DNA of 64,000 bases from a virus, in IMG/VR virus record IMGVR_UViG_3300043485_000037, positions 12,489 through 76,488 of that record; one strand, written 5' to 3'. This document shows, piece after piece, positions 27,441 through 36,337 of the stretch. The first letter of the stretch is position 1, and every line of letters begins with the position of its first letter. The notes under the pieces are model-generated. The model ran no database searches. It was not told the DNA's origin and saw nothing but the letters and a program-made list of their open reading frames with translations. Position numbers and translations under genes: made by a program.

Positions 27441-29618
27441 ATGGCAGACGCAGGAAGCAGCGCCGGAGGTCTCCTGGGGACCCTCTACATCCGATTCACC
27501 GCGCAGACGGACGACCTGAACAAGAAGGTCGAGGATTCGGAGAAGAAGGTCACCAAGTCGACCAAGGCCATGGAGAAGTCCGCGGTGAACTTGAGCGGGG
27601 TGCTCAAGGCGCTGGGTCTTGCGTGGGGAGTCCACGAGGTGGCGGCCTTCGTGAAGGAAACCATCCAGGGAGCCGACGAGCTGAAGAAGTTCTCGGAGGA
27701 GATAGGCATTGCCATTGACCAATTGGCCGGTCTCAAGTTTGCCGCGGACAAAGCCAACATCGGCGCCACCTTCGAGCAGGGGATGCGCAAATTCTCGGAC
27801 TCCCTCCGCGAGGCCCGCGTGCAGGGATCCGAGATGCAGCATCTGTTCGCAGAGCTCAAGATCAACCCGGACGCGCTCCCGGCCGAAGCCTTCAAGGAAA
27901 CGGCCAAGGCCGTCAGCCAAATCACGGACGAGACCAACCGGCTTGGTGTGGTCCAGGAAATCTTCAGCACAAGGAACACCCGGTTCGTCAACCTGCTGGC
28001 CGGGGGAGCCGACCAACTCAACAAGGACACCCAGGAGCTGGCCCGCATCACCGGGATGTCCTACGAGGACATTGCCAAGAAGGCTTCGGAATATACGGAC
28101 GCCGTCACCACGGTCAAGTATGCCCTGCAGGGTTTGGTCATGACCGTTGCGAGCGAAGCCCTGCCCACAATCACGGAGTGGGTGAACGCCATCGCGGACA
28201 ATCTGCCCCAGCTCCAGCGCTGGGCCAAGGAGATTGGGACCGGGTTGGTGTATGCGATCGGCACGGCCGCGATGGCCTTCAAGGGATTCATGGGAGCCCT
28301 GAAGGTGGGAGCCATCGGCATCCTGGGGATCGTCGAGGCCATCATGAAGCTGAGCCGGTGGCTTGCGGACAAGTTGGTGATCGCCTTTGAGTTCTGGGCC
28401 AATGCGGCCATCAAATCCATCAACTTCGTGATCGAAGGATTCAACAAGCTCACGGACCGGCTCCCGGACTGGATCAAGAAACGGTTGGGCATCAATGGAT
28501 CCGCCGCCGTGGAGCCCATTGAACTCTTCTCGCTCGGGAAGCCGGTGGGGTTGGATGACTGGATCGACGTGGTGCACGAAGCCCGCCAGGACCTCTCGAA
28601 CCAACTGGCGGAGGACTTCCACGAAACGGCCAAGGTGGTCCGGGAAGGCAACAAGGAGGTGGCCGACGCGATCAAGGGCAAGGGAGAGGGAGCCACGCCC
28701 GGCTTCAATCCCAAGGAGCTGAAGGACTTTCAGCAACGGCTGGGCAAGGAGATCGGTTCAGACGCGCCCGGAGGCCAGACGGAGTTCCAGAAGATGCGGG
28801 GAGGTCTTCGCACCTCGATCGGGGACATCTCCGGCATCCAGGGCGACTCTTTCGGATCCTTCAAGAACCAAGCGGAGCTGGAAGAGGTGGATCAGCACTT
28901 GAAGGACATCCAGAAGCTGCGCGACTCGCACTTCGCCCGGACCAAGGAGCAGAACGAGCAGCTGACCGAGATGGAGCGGCTCTATCGCGACAAGCGGCTG
29001 GCCATCCAACTGGCCGAAGTCAAGCTGCGGCTCTCCGTGGCCTCCGACATGTTTGGGGACCTGGCCACCATCACCAAAGCCTGGGCCGGGGAGCAGTCCG
29101 GCATCTACAAGGCCATGTTCGCCGTCTCCAAGGCGTTCGCGATTGCGGAGGCGACCGTCAAGATCGCCCAGGGCATAGCGGCCGCCGCGGCCAACCCGTG
29201 GCCCCTGAACCTCTTCGCAATGGCGTCGGTCATCGCTGCCACAGCCTCCATAGTCTCGAGCATCCAGTCGGTCCAGCTGGAGTTCGGGGGCGAGCGCGCG
29301 CTGGGTGGCAACGTGGACACGGGCAAGGCTTTCTTGGTCGGGGAAAAGGGACCGGAGATGTTTGTGCCCAACCGGAACGGAACCATCGTCCCGAACAACC
29401 GGCTGGGAGGAGGCATGAGCCCGAAGGTGATCGTGAACAACTACTCCGACGCCCGCCATGAGGTCGAGACCCGCAACGAAGGAGGCCAGCCCGTCATTGA
29501 AATCCTGGCTCGCAAGGTGGAGGATCGCTTGGGATCCAACGTGCGCTCCGGGACCGGGAACCTGAACCGGGCCATGCAGGACAGCTTCAATCTGCGCAGG
29601 GGGCAGGGCAACCAATGA
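27441..29618 (+). CDS. tape measure protein
   Basis: Ala/Gly-rich helical; C-terminal RALGG...FLVGEKGPEMFVP. Confidence 0.9.
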   Translation: MADAGSSAGGLLGTLYIRFTAQTDDLNKKVEDSEKKVTKSTKAMEKSAVNLSGVLKALGLAWGVHEVAAFVKETIQGADELKKFSEEIGIAIDQLAGLKFAADKANIGATFEQGMRKFSDSLREARVQGSEMQHLFAELKINPDALPAEAFKETAKAVSQITDETNRLGVVQEIFSTRNTRFVNLLAGGADQLNKDTQELARITGMSYEDIAKKASEYTDAVTTVKYALQGLVMTVASEALPTITEWVNAIADNLPQLQRWAKEIGTGLVYAIGTAAMAFKGFMGALKVGAIGILGIVEAIMKLSRWLADKLVIAFEFWANAAIKSINFVIEGFNKLTDRLPDWIKKRLGINGSAAVEPIELFSLGKPVGLDDWIDVVHEARQDLSNQLAEDFHETAKVVREGNKEVADAIKGKGEGATPGFNPKELKDFQQRLGKEIGSDAPGGQTEFQKMRGGLRTSIGDISGIQGDSFGSFKNQAELEEVDQHLKDIQKLRDSHFARTKEQNEQLTEMERLYRDKRLAIQLAEVKLRLSVASDMFGDLATITKAWAGEQSGIYKAMFAVSKAFAIAEATVKIAQGIAAAAANPWPLNLFAMASVIAATASIVSSIQSVQLEFGGERALGGNVDTGKAFLVGEKGPEMFVPNRNGTIVPNNRLGGGMSPKVIVNNYSDARHEVETRNEGGQPVIEILARKVEDRLGSNVRSGTGNLNRAMQDSFNLRRGQGNQ

Positions 29619-30124
29619 CCACACTGGGCATCATCACCAAATGGCCGGAGTCCGTGATCGCCGACACGGACGTGACCCCGCTCCCGTTGCCCTACTTCGA
29701 ATTTGCGGGCCAGCCGCGGGACGGCAAGCTGGAGGACAAGGCCACCGTCCAAAAGATTCTCCGCCGGAATCGGTTCACCAAAGCCTATCCGATGCTGAGC
29801 CTCAAGTGGGTGTTCACGCAGGTCGAGTATTATGCCTTCAAGGAGTTCTACGCAACCGACCTCGGGTTGGGCACGGCCTCCTTCCGGATCAACCTGAGGT
29901 GGCCGTTCAACAATTCGCTCACGGAGTGGGTGATGCGGTTCATGGGAGAGGGATTTAACGCCCGGCAGATGGATGGAGCCTGGGAAGTGACCGCGGACGC
30001 GGAGCTGCTCCAGCCGTTCATCATGGACGACCCGGCCGCCCTGGAGGATTGGCAAGCCTACATCTCCTCCGATGATTTTGAATATCACTCCTCGGAGGAT
30101 TACATTTACCAAGCACCAGTATGA
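29615..30124 (+). CDS. distal tail protein (lambda gpM-like)
   Basis: RRNRF...LKWVFT...AFKEFY...LGLGTASF. Confidence 0.7.
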   Translation: MTTLGIITKWPESVIADTDVTPLPLPYFEFAGQPRDGKLEDKATVQKILRRNRFTKAYPMLSLKWVFTQVEYYAFKEFYATDLGLGTASFRINLRWPFNNSLTEWVMRFMGEGFNARQMDGAWEVTADAELLQPFIMDDPAALEDWQAYISSDDFEYHSSEDYIYQAPV

Positions 30125-31581
30125 GCGCACCATATCAAGGACCATATCCGGCCACTAGAATGGACGACGCCTTCCAGCGGATCCTGGGAGACGAAGACCT
30201 CACGGCCCCAGTCAGATTTTTTGCAGGGACGCGGACGGCTCCAGGCATCACCTTTGCGGGCGAAACCACGTCCGGACTTTACCGAGCGGCGGCGGGGGAC
30301 CTACGTCTTTCGGTCCTTGATCAGGACATTGCTTTCTTCGGCAAGCTGTCCGGGTCTGCCGCCCTCGGTATCGGTGTCGCACCCACGGGAGGCAACCTGC
30401 ACATCAAGCGGGACTTCGCGGGCGCGGCGGCTCCGGTCTATCTGGAGAACAACAACACCACGGACGGGAACACCCAGACGATCGACTTCAGGGGCACAAC
30501 CAGTGGGGCGGGAGCAGCCGCGGCGCAGCAGTTCGGGGCCATCACGGTGGAGCAGACCACCCACGACCATGCGACCAAGGCGAGCAAGCTGAGCCTCAGC
30601 TGGATGCTGACCGCCACCGCCCGGTTCATCGACATCTCCGGGGACGGCATCGTGGCCCGGAGGTCCGGACCGATCGAGCTCAAGTCCGCGGCCGGCAATG
30701 GCGACGTGATCCTCACTCCCAACGGGACCGGTCGCGTGAAGGTCACGGGAGACGGAGCCATCGCCACTCCGGCCCTGGCCTTTGCCTCTCAGCCCAACAT
30801 GGGCATGTATCGGGCAGCCTCCAACGATTGGAGGTTCGCGATCAACTCCGTGGACTTCTTTATCCTCAACTTTGTGACCGTGACGGGAGCCACCAACGTG
30901 CCGTCTCTTGGGATTGGAGCGGTTCCGTTGAGGCCCGGCCTCCACATCTCCATGGCCCACAGCTCCGCGACGGCCACGTTCATCCAACTAGAGAACACCG
31001 ACACCACGGACGGCTGCTCCACGGGATTCTCGGCCCGGTGCACCACGACGGGAGTGGGCGCGGCGGCCATGACGGAGATTGCGAAGTTCAACGTGCGCAT
31101 CGACACGCATAACCACGCGACGCGCGAGAGCCACCTGGACTTCAACTTCACCATTGCGGGGACCTCCTCGTTCATCCAGTTCATCAACCTGGCCGGAGTC
31201 CGGGGGATCCGATCGGACTCCGGAGCCTTGACCGTCCAGGCAATCTCCGGGACGTTGCTGCTGAACACCGGCTCCGGCAACAACGACGTCATGATATCCC
31301 CGAACGGGACCGGCAACATCGTGCTGGACCTCGCTAAACGACTGCGCATAGCGATTGGCACAGGGCAACGAGCGGGAGACGCTACTCTGGTCGCCGGGAC
31401 CGTGACCGTGGCCAACACGACGGTCACCGCCAACACCAAGATTCTCGTCTCCCGGAAGGTGGCCGGAGGCACCTTGGGTTTCCTGGCCTACTCGGTCACG
31501 GCGGCGACTTCCTTCACGATCACTTCGTCCAGCGCAAGTGATACTTCCACCGTGACCTATTTTCTGATAGAAGTGAGCTGA
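30121..31581 (+). CDS. tail fibre/receptor-binding protein
   Basis: Repeated P.(I/L).F....G.YRAA motif; G/S/T-rich beta region; C-terminal GDATLVAGTVTV domain. Confidence 0.75.
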   Translation: MSAPYQGPYPATRMDDAFQRILGDEDLTAPVRFFAGTRTAPGITFAGETTSGLYRAAAGDLRLSVLDQDIAFFGKLSGSAALGIGVAPTGGNLHIKRDFAGAAAPVYLENNNTTDGNTQTIDFRGTTSGAGAAAAQQFGAITVEQTTHDHATKASKLSLSWMLTATARFIDISGDGIVARRSGPIELKSAAGNGDVILTPNGTGRVKVTGDGAIATPALAFASQPNMGMYRAASNDWRFAINSVDFFILNFVTVTGATNVPSLGIGAVPLRPGLHISMAHSSATATFIQLENTDTTDGCSTGFSARCTTTGVGAAAMTEIAKFNVRIDTHNHATRESHLDFNFTIAGTSSFIQFINLAGVRGIRSDSGALTVQAISGTLLLNTGSGNNDVMISPNGTGNIVLDLAKRLRIAIGTGQRAGDATLVAGTVTVANTTVTANTKILVSRKVAGGTLGFLAYSVTAATSFTITSSSASDTSTVTYFLIEVS

Positions 31582-31591
31582 GGACAAATTT

Positions 31592-31990
31592 ATGACAGAT
31601 CCACAATTCGCAGCGGCCATCGACTTCACGGGACTGACCAAGTCACAGCTCCTGACCATGGCCGGTTACTTGGCCGACCGGGTCGAGGGCTATCCGGTCT
31701 CGGTCCAGAAGGCCGTGCTGTCCGGAGTTCTGACCCCCCGTCAGGCCAACGTGCTCGACGCCGTCCGGGCCGTCCGCGGAGACGCCTGGGCAGAACAAGC
31801 CGCCCTCACCGTGAACATTTCCCCGGCCGCCGTGGATCTTGCGAACCAGGTGAAGGATTGGGTGGCCCTGAACAAGGGAGCCACCGAGACGGAGATTCGC
31901 CAGCAGTTCCCGGCCATCCCGGACGACCAGTGGACGGACATCAAACGGTTCCTGGTGAACTCGAAGCTGATCCAGCAGGCATTCAGATGA
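31592..31990 (+). CDS. hypothetical tail-module protein
   Basis: 132 aa, TTTATG start. Confidence 0.6.
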   Translation: MTDPQFAAAIDFTGLTKSQLLTMAGYLADRVEGYPVSVQKAVLSGVLTPRQANVLDAVRAVRGDAWAEQAALTVNISPAAVDLANQVKDWVALNKGATETEIRQQFPAIPDDQWTDIKRFLVNSKLIQQAFR

Positions 31991-31993
31991 TTT

Positions 31994-32248
31994 ATGAAAG
32001 ACAAAATCGAAGCGAGGATGAAGAAGCTGGGCGACGACATGGGCCAGGCCGTCCAGAAGTTGGCGGTGCTGCGGGCCGAGGTCCAGGACACCGAGCAACT
32101 GATCAGTCGGATGCAGGGCGCCCAGATGCTTTGCAAGGAGCTGCTCCAACCTGAACCCATCGACAATCCCGGCCCGGCCGAACCTCCTCCGGAAGTCCGC
32201 AACGGAGAGAGACCCACCTTGGAAGAAGCGCAAGAGAACGGACGATGA
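31994..32248 (+). CDS. small coiled-coil protein (possible fibre chaperone)
   Basis: Heptad repeat; follows fibre gene. Confidence 0.6.
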   Translation: MKDKIEARMKKLGDDMGQAVQKLAVLRAEVQDTEQLISRMQGAQMLCKELLQPEPIDNPGPAEPPPEVRNGERPTLEEAQENGR

Positions 32249-34740
32249 CCGAAGGCATCCCAGATTATCCGTTTGATCTGCCGGTCCCCTTGCTGGACCA
32301 TGATCGCCAGTTGACGGCCCGTCCCTCCCAGCGGGAGATGGAGAGCGGGCGGATTCGCCGGCGACGGATGCAGGCCGAGCTGCAGGAGTTCCTGAAGGTC
32401 AACTGGAACTTCACCGAGGACGAGTTCGCGGCCTTCAAGTCGTTCTACGAAGACACCCTGGACAACGGCACGATCCAATTCTTGCTGAAGACCTTGGAGG
32501 AGGACCCCGGAGGCACCGGAGAGACGGTGGAGATTTGGTGGGAGGTCGCCTTCGTGAACAAACCCCAGCACGTGCGCGGCGACAACCTCTTTTCCGTCTC
32601 CGCCACGTTGGAGGTCCTGGACGTGCTCATCTTGGATCCGTTGCCGCCCATCGTCTTCGGCTACTTCCACGACGAGAACCACGACGATCTGGATCTGGAC
32701 GTGGAAAGCAACCCGAGCGATTGCCGGGAGAACGTCTCGGTGCTGCTGGACGATCTGGAAGAAGGTGTGATGTATGCGTTGGAAATCTCCCAGACCGGGG
32801 AGACCGACAGCTGGGACACGTTCATATACTTTGCTCTGCTGACCACGGAGGAGAGAGCCACGAAGCACAAGCGGGTCTCGATGTCGAATTGGTTCCTGTT
32901 GGACGGGGAAAGCGTCCGGCCGTGGTTCCGGATCACCTTGCTGGGTGAGCCTCTCACGCAACCGGGCCAGCCGTTGGGGCCGGAACTGGACGCCCCGGAC
33001 CTCACCGTGGCCAACGTGAGCGAGATCACCACATACGCCCAGCTGGCTTCCCAGAACAGCAACACCTCGGGGGAAGGAATCCAACCTTTGGATGCCTACA
33101 AGACCTCCAACGGCTTCGTCATTCCCTACTCCTATCTGGAGGACCCGATGACCTTCAGCTCCCGAATGTATCGCCCGTTCATCCGGAAGTATGCTTTGAG
33201 GCAGCACAGCTGGGGCCACTGGGGAGATTTGCTGGCCGAGGGGAACCAGAACAACCCGGCCACCATCACGGGACCTCCCGGAGCCACACTCAAGTGGACC
33301 AGGGACGGCACCGTGCCGACCGTCAACACGGTCATCGAGACCTACGCCGGGGTGGCCGGCAACGTCTATGCGATCCGGGACTCGTTCGCCGGGGTGCTCA
33401 TGGCCCGTTGCTTCCTTGGATCTTGCCCGAGCCCCTTGGTGCTGGTCTGCATCGACAAGGTGATGTATGAGCGGCCCAACTTGTCCATTCACGGACCGTC
33501 GGACGGCATCTCCGGTTATTGCGATCTGCCCCAGACCGACATCGTCACCGGTCTTCCGTCCGAGTCCGGGAATTCCTGCAACTATCTGTATGGAGGTCTT
33601 TGCAACCACGAAGAGTTGATCACCGGGCTCGGTTGGGACGGAGGCCCGACGGCCATCAGTCGGAACTCTCCGTTCACGAACCATGGTCCAATGCTCCGCA
33701 AGTTGATCAAGCGGGTCACCGAGAGCGTCTACATCGGGTGGCCGATCCACAACACCGCGGCCGAATCTTTCATATTCGAGTCGTCGGTCTGGAACAACGG
33801 AGCCGGGACCGTGGCCAGCTCCGGGTATTTCAACCATTGGCAGGAAGCCCCCCGGACCCACAACTGGGCCATCCTCTGCAAGAACATAGATCCACTCGAC
33901 CAGGAGTTGATCGGCACCTACTCCTTCCTGGACATCATCGAGGTTCCCACCGAGATGTCCCTTTGCGGAGCCGTGGGGACCCAGGCGGACTCGGACCGCG
34001 CGGCTTGGGATCCGATCCGGGACGAGGCCATCTTGGCCATAATGGAACTGATAGACCCTCCCGACGTCGTGTGCACCCAACCGGCCACCCAGTGGATCTT
34101 TGCGGACCGCTTCGACATCATCCGCAGCCCGCTCCCTTACGACGAGCCGCGGGACCTTCATTGGCTGGGACCCGTGGACCTGGACGAGGAAATCACGGAA
34201 ATCCCGTTTGAGCCGGACCCGGAGAGCGAACCGGCCAACCCATACGACAAGTTTGAAACCTACGGCGACGGGGATGTGACCGGGGACACCACGTTGGACT
34301 TCAAGACGGGCACCCATTGGGACGCGGCTTGGTCCATGAAGAATGGATCCAACGTCACATACGGATGGGACCTGTTCGAGGACTACGCAGATGGAGCCGT
34401 CCCGGAACACACAGACACCCCTGACGTGACTTACATTCCATATCGCAAGGGGGAGAACTGGTATGTGGACACGAGCGGACCGGCCGCGGACGAATGGGTG
34501 TTCCGCGTGGGCGATCTGGCCCAGGTCTACAAGGATGACTTCTCGTCCTACTCCGACGGCCCGGCTCCGATTGCGATGACCGGAGGCACCGGCTGGACCA
34601 CAACCGACGCGAACGGGTGGAGGATGGACAACGACTTGATTGGAGGATCCGAAACGTGGGACACCTATGCCGACGGAGTCGCCGCCGGTTCCAACACCGG
34701 GTCGAACTTCTTGATATCTGAAAACTGGAGACTGACTTAA
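32245..34740 (+). CDS. second distal-tail-like protein with long C-terminal extension
   Basis: N-terminus aligns with 29615 gene (RRRR...VNWNFT...AFKSFY...LDNGT.QF); four acidic F/W-x2-Y-x-DG repeats at the C-terminus. Confidence 0.7.
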   Translation: MTEGIPDYPFDLPVPLLDHDRQLTARPSQREMESGRIRRRRMQAELQEFLKVNWNFTEDEFAAFKSFYEDTLDNGTIQFLLKTLEEDPGGTGETVEIWWEVAFVNKPQHVRGDNLFSVSATLEVLDVLILDPLPPIVFGYFHDENHDDLDLDVESNPSDCRENVSVLLDDLEEGVMYALEISQTGETDSWDTFIYFALLTTEERATKHKRVSMSNWFLLDGESVRPWFRITLLGEPLTQPGQPLGPELDAPDLTVANVSEITTYAQLASQNSNTSGEGIQPLDAYKTSNGFVIPYSYLEDPMTFSSRMYRPFIRKYALRQHSWGHWGDLLAEGNQNNPATITGPPGATLKWTRDGTVPTVNTVIETYAGVAGNVYAIRDSFAGVLMARCFLGSCPSPLVLVCIDKVMYERPNLSIHGPSDGISGYCDLPQTDIVTGLPSESGNSCNYLYGGLCNHEELITGLGWDGGPTAISRNSPFTNHGPMLRKLIKRVTESVYIGWPIHNTAAESFIFESSVWNNGAGTVASSGYFNHWQEAPRTHNWAILCKNIDPLDQELIGTYSFLDIIEVPTEMSLCGAVGTQADSDRAAWDPIRDEAILAIMELIDPPDVVCTQPATQWIFADRFDIIRSPLPYDEPRDLHWLGPVDLDEEITEIPFEPDPESEPANPYDKFETYGDGDVTGDTTLDFKTGTHWDAAWSMKNGSNVTYGWDLFEDYADGAVPEHTDTPDVTYIPYRKGENWYVDTSGPAADEWVFRVGDLAQVYKDDFSSYSDGPAPIAMTGGTGWTTTDANGWRMDNDLIGGSETWDTYADGVAAGSNTGSNFLISENWRLT

Positions 34741-34749
34741 GTTGATTCT

Positions 34750-35445
34750 ATGAGCGCAACAATTGTAACGGTTTCGAGTTCCAAGAGATTGGACCTCTCG
34801 AACGGGCAGGCCCTCCGCCGTCCCATCTATTTGAGCAACTGGACCACCATGAGGATTGGGCTGCGCCTCTGCTTCCCGACCGCCGTCAGCATTGTGGGCA
34901 CTCCCGGACTATACGTTGGGATGGGTTCTGGGCTCACGGCCGGCATCGGCGATGCCACCACCACAAACTGGATTGGGGTCAAGACGATTACCGGCACTTG
35001 GACTCGCTCTCTCTCCGGTTCTCAATCCTACGGAAACATTGGGTCGATCAGGGTTCACAAGCGAGTGGGAGCCACGCTCACTTCCCACGCGAGCGACATG
35101 ACGGCCACGATGCATCAGTCCTTTGATGCTTTATTCCAATCCGTGATCCTGGTGGAAATCACCAAGGGGTCCCCGAACTACACGGTGAACATTGGGGTGC
35201 CGACTTCGAACTCCGGAGTCATTGCGGTCAACATCACGGACGCAAACATGGACGCTTACATGTCCTTGCCGATAGGGATGGCTGGCATCGGATCCGTCTC
35301 CAACCTGAACATTGTGGCCGTGGCCGTCAACAACACGTTGGCCATGAGCGAAGCAGCCGGGGTCCTCGACTGCCTTCAGATTTATTGGGACAAGACCGCG
35401 GTCAACTGCGAGATCGAATCCGTCTGGCACAGGAAGTTGGCATGA
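34750..35445 (+). CDS. beta-rich minor tail protein
   Basis: S/T/G-rich, 231 aa, in tail-tip module. Confidence 0.6.
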   Translation: MSATIVTVSSSKRLDLSNGQALRRPIYLSNWTTMRIGLRLCFPTAVSIVGTPGLYVGMGSGLTAGIGDATTTNWIGVKTITGTWTRSLSGSQSYGNIGSIRVHKRVGATLTSHASDMTATMHQSFDALFQSVILVEITKGSPNYTVNIGVPTSNSGVIAVNITDANMDAYMSLPIGMAGIGSVSNLNIVAVAVNNTLAMSEAAGVLDCLQIYWDKTAVNCEIESVWHRKLA

Positions 35446-35939
35446 GCAGCTACTCGGAAGCCCTCAAGGAAGCATACGCCATCGCCCCGGCGAGCAAGGC
35501 GGTTCTCCATACGATTGAGATCCGCCAGACGGGCGTCCAGCAACCGGTCTACATCGTCAAGTCCCGGAGGACGTGGGAAGCCAGAGACGAGGACGGCAAC
35601 CTGCTCCAATTCCTCCCGGTCAACTTCGACTTCACTCTGCCCGCGGCCACCGAGGAAGGATTCCAGAGCCTCAACCTAACCGTGGACAACATTGGCCGGC
35701 GAGCCTCCGACTTCGCGGAGATTGCCAAGACGGAGGAGGTGCCCGTCACGGTCATCTATCGTCCCTACTTGAGCGACGACAACACAGGACCTCAAATGAT
35801 TCCTCCTCTCACTTTGTTCCTGGAGGACATTCAGATCACGGAGCTGACCGTCACGGGCCGGGCCACTTTCATGGACATCGTGAACAAGAAGTTCCCGAGC
35901 GAAATCTATTCACGGGAGAGGTTCCCGTCGCTGGGATGA
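35442..35939 (+). CDS. DUF1833/gpL-like tail tip protein
   Basis: LHTIEIRQ...LNLTVDNI...YRPYLSDD...RERFPSL. Confidence 0.8.
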   Translation: MSSYSEALKEAYAIAPASKAVLHTIEIRQTGVQQPVYIVKSRRTWEARDEDGNLLQFLPVNFDFTLPAATEEGFQSLNLTVDNIGRRASDFAEIAKTEEVPVTVIYRPYLSDDNTGPQMIPPLTLFLEDIQITELTVTGRATFMDIVNKKFPSEIYSRERFPSLG

Positions 35940-36337
35940 TGAACAAGCACTGGGCAGCCAAATACGTGGGGAGGTCTCCGGAGTCCGTGGGATTCTGCTG
36001 GGGCCTCCTCCGGCTCATCTATGCCGACCTTGGTGTGGAAGTCCCGGCCGTGTTGGGATTGTCCATGGAGAACGCCGAACGGGTGGCCGCCGGGGTCCGG
36101 GACAAACTCAAGGAGGACTGGGACGAGATTCCCTTTCCGGTGGAGGGCTGCGCGGTCGGGATGAATCTGCGGGACAACGGCGAGATCCATCACGTCGGGG
36201 TGTTCACTCATTCCGACGGAGGCTACGTGATCCACGCGTGGGGAGCCCACAACGTGGTGGCCGACCGGCCTCGTTCGCTGGGCCTCAAGGGATTCAAGGT
36301 GGTCAAGTATTACATGCACAAGCAATGGCGCACATAA
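35936..36337 (+). CDS. NlpC/P60 (gpK-like) tail assembly peptidase
   Basis: FCWGLLRLIY (Cys), HHVGVF (His), VIHA. Confidence 0.8.
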   Translation: MMNKHWAAKYVGRSPESVGFCWGLLRLIYADLGVEVPAVLGLSMENAERVAAGVRDKLKEDWDEIPFPVEGCAVGMNLRDNGEIHHVGVFTHSDGGYVIHAWGAHNVVADRPRSLGLKGFKVVKYYMHKQWRT

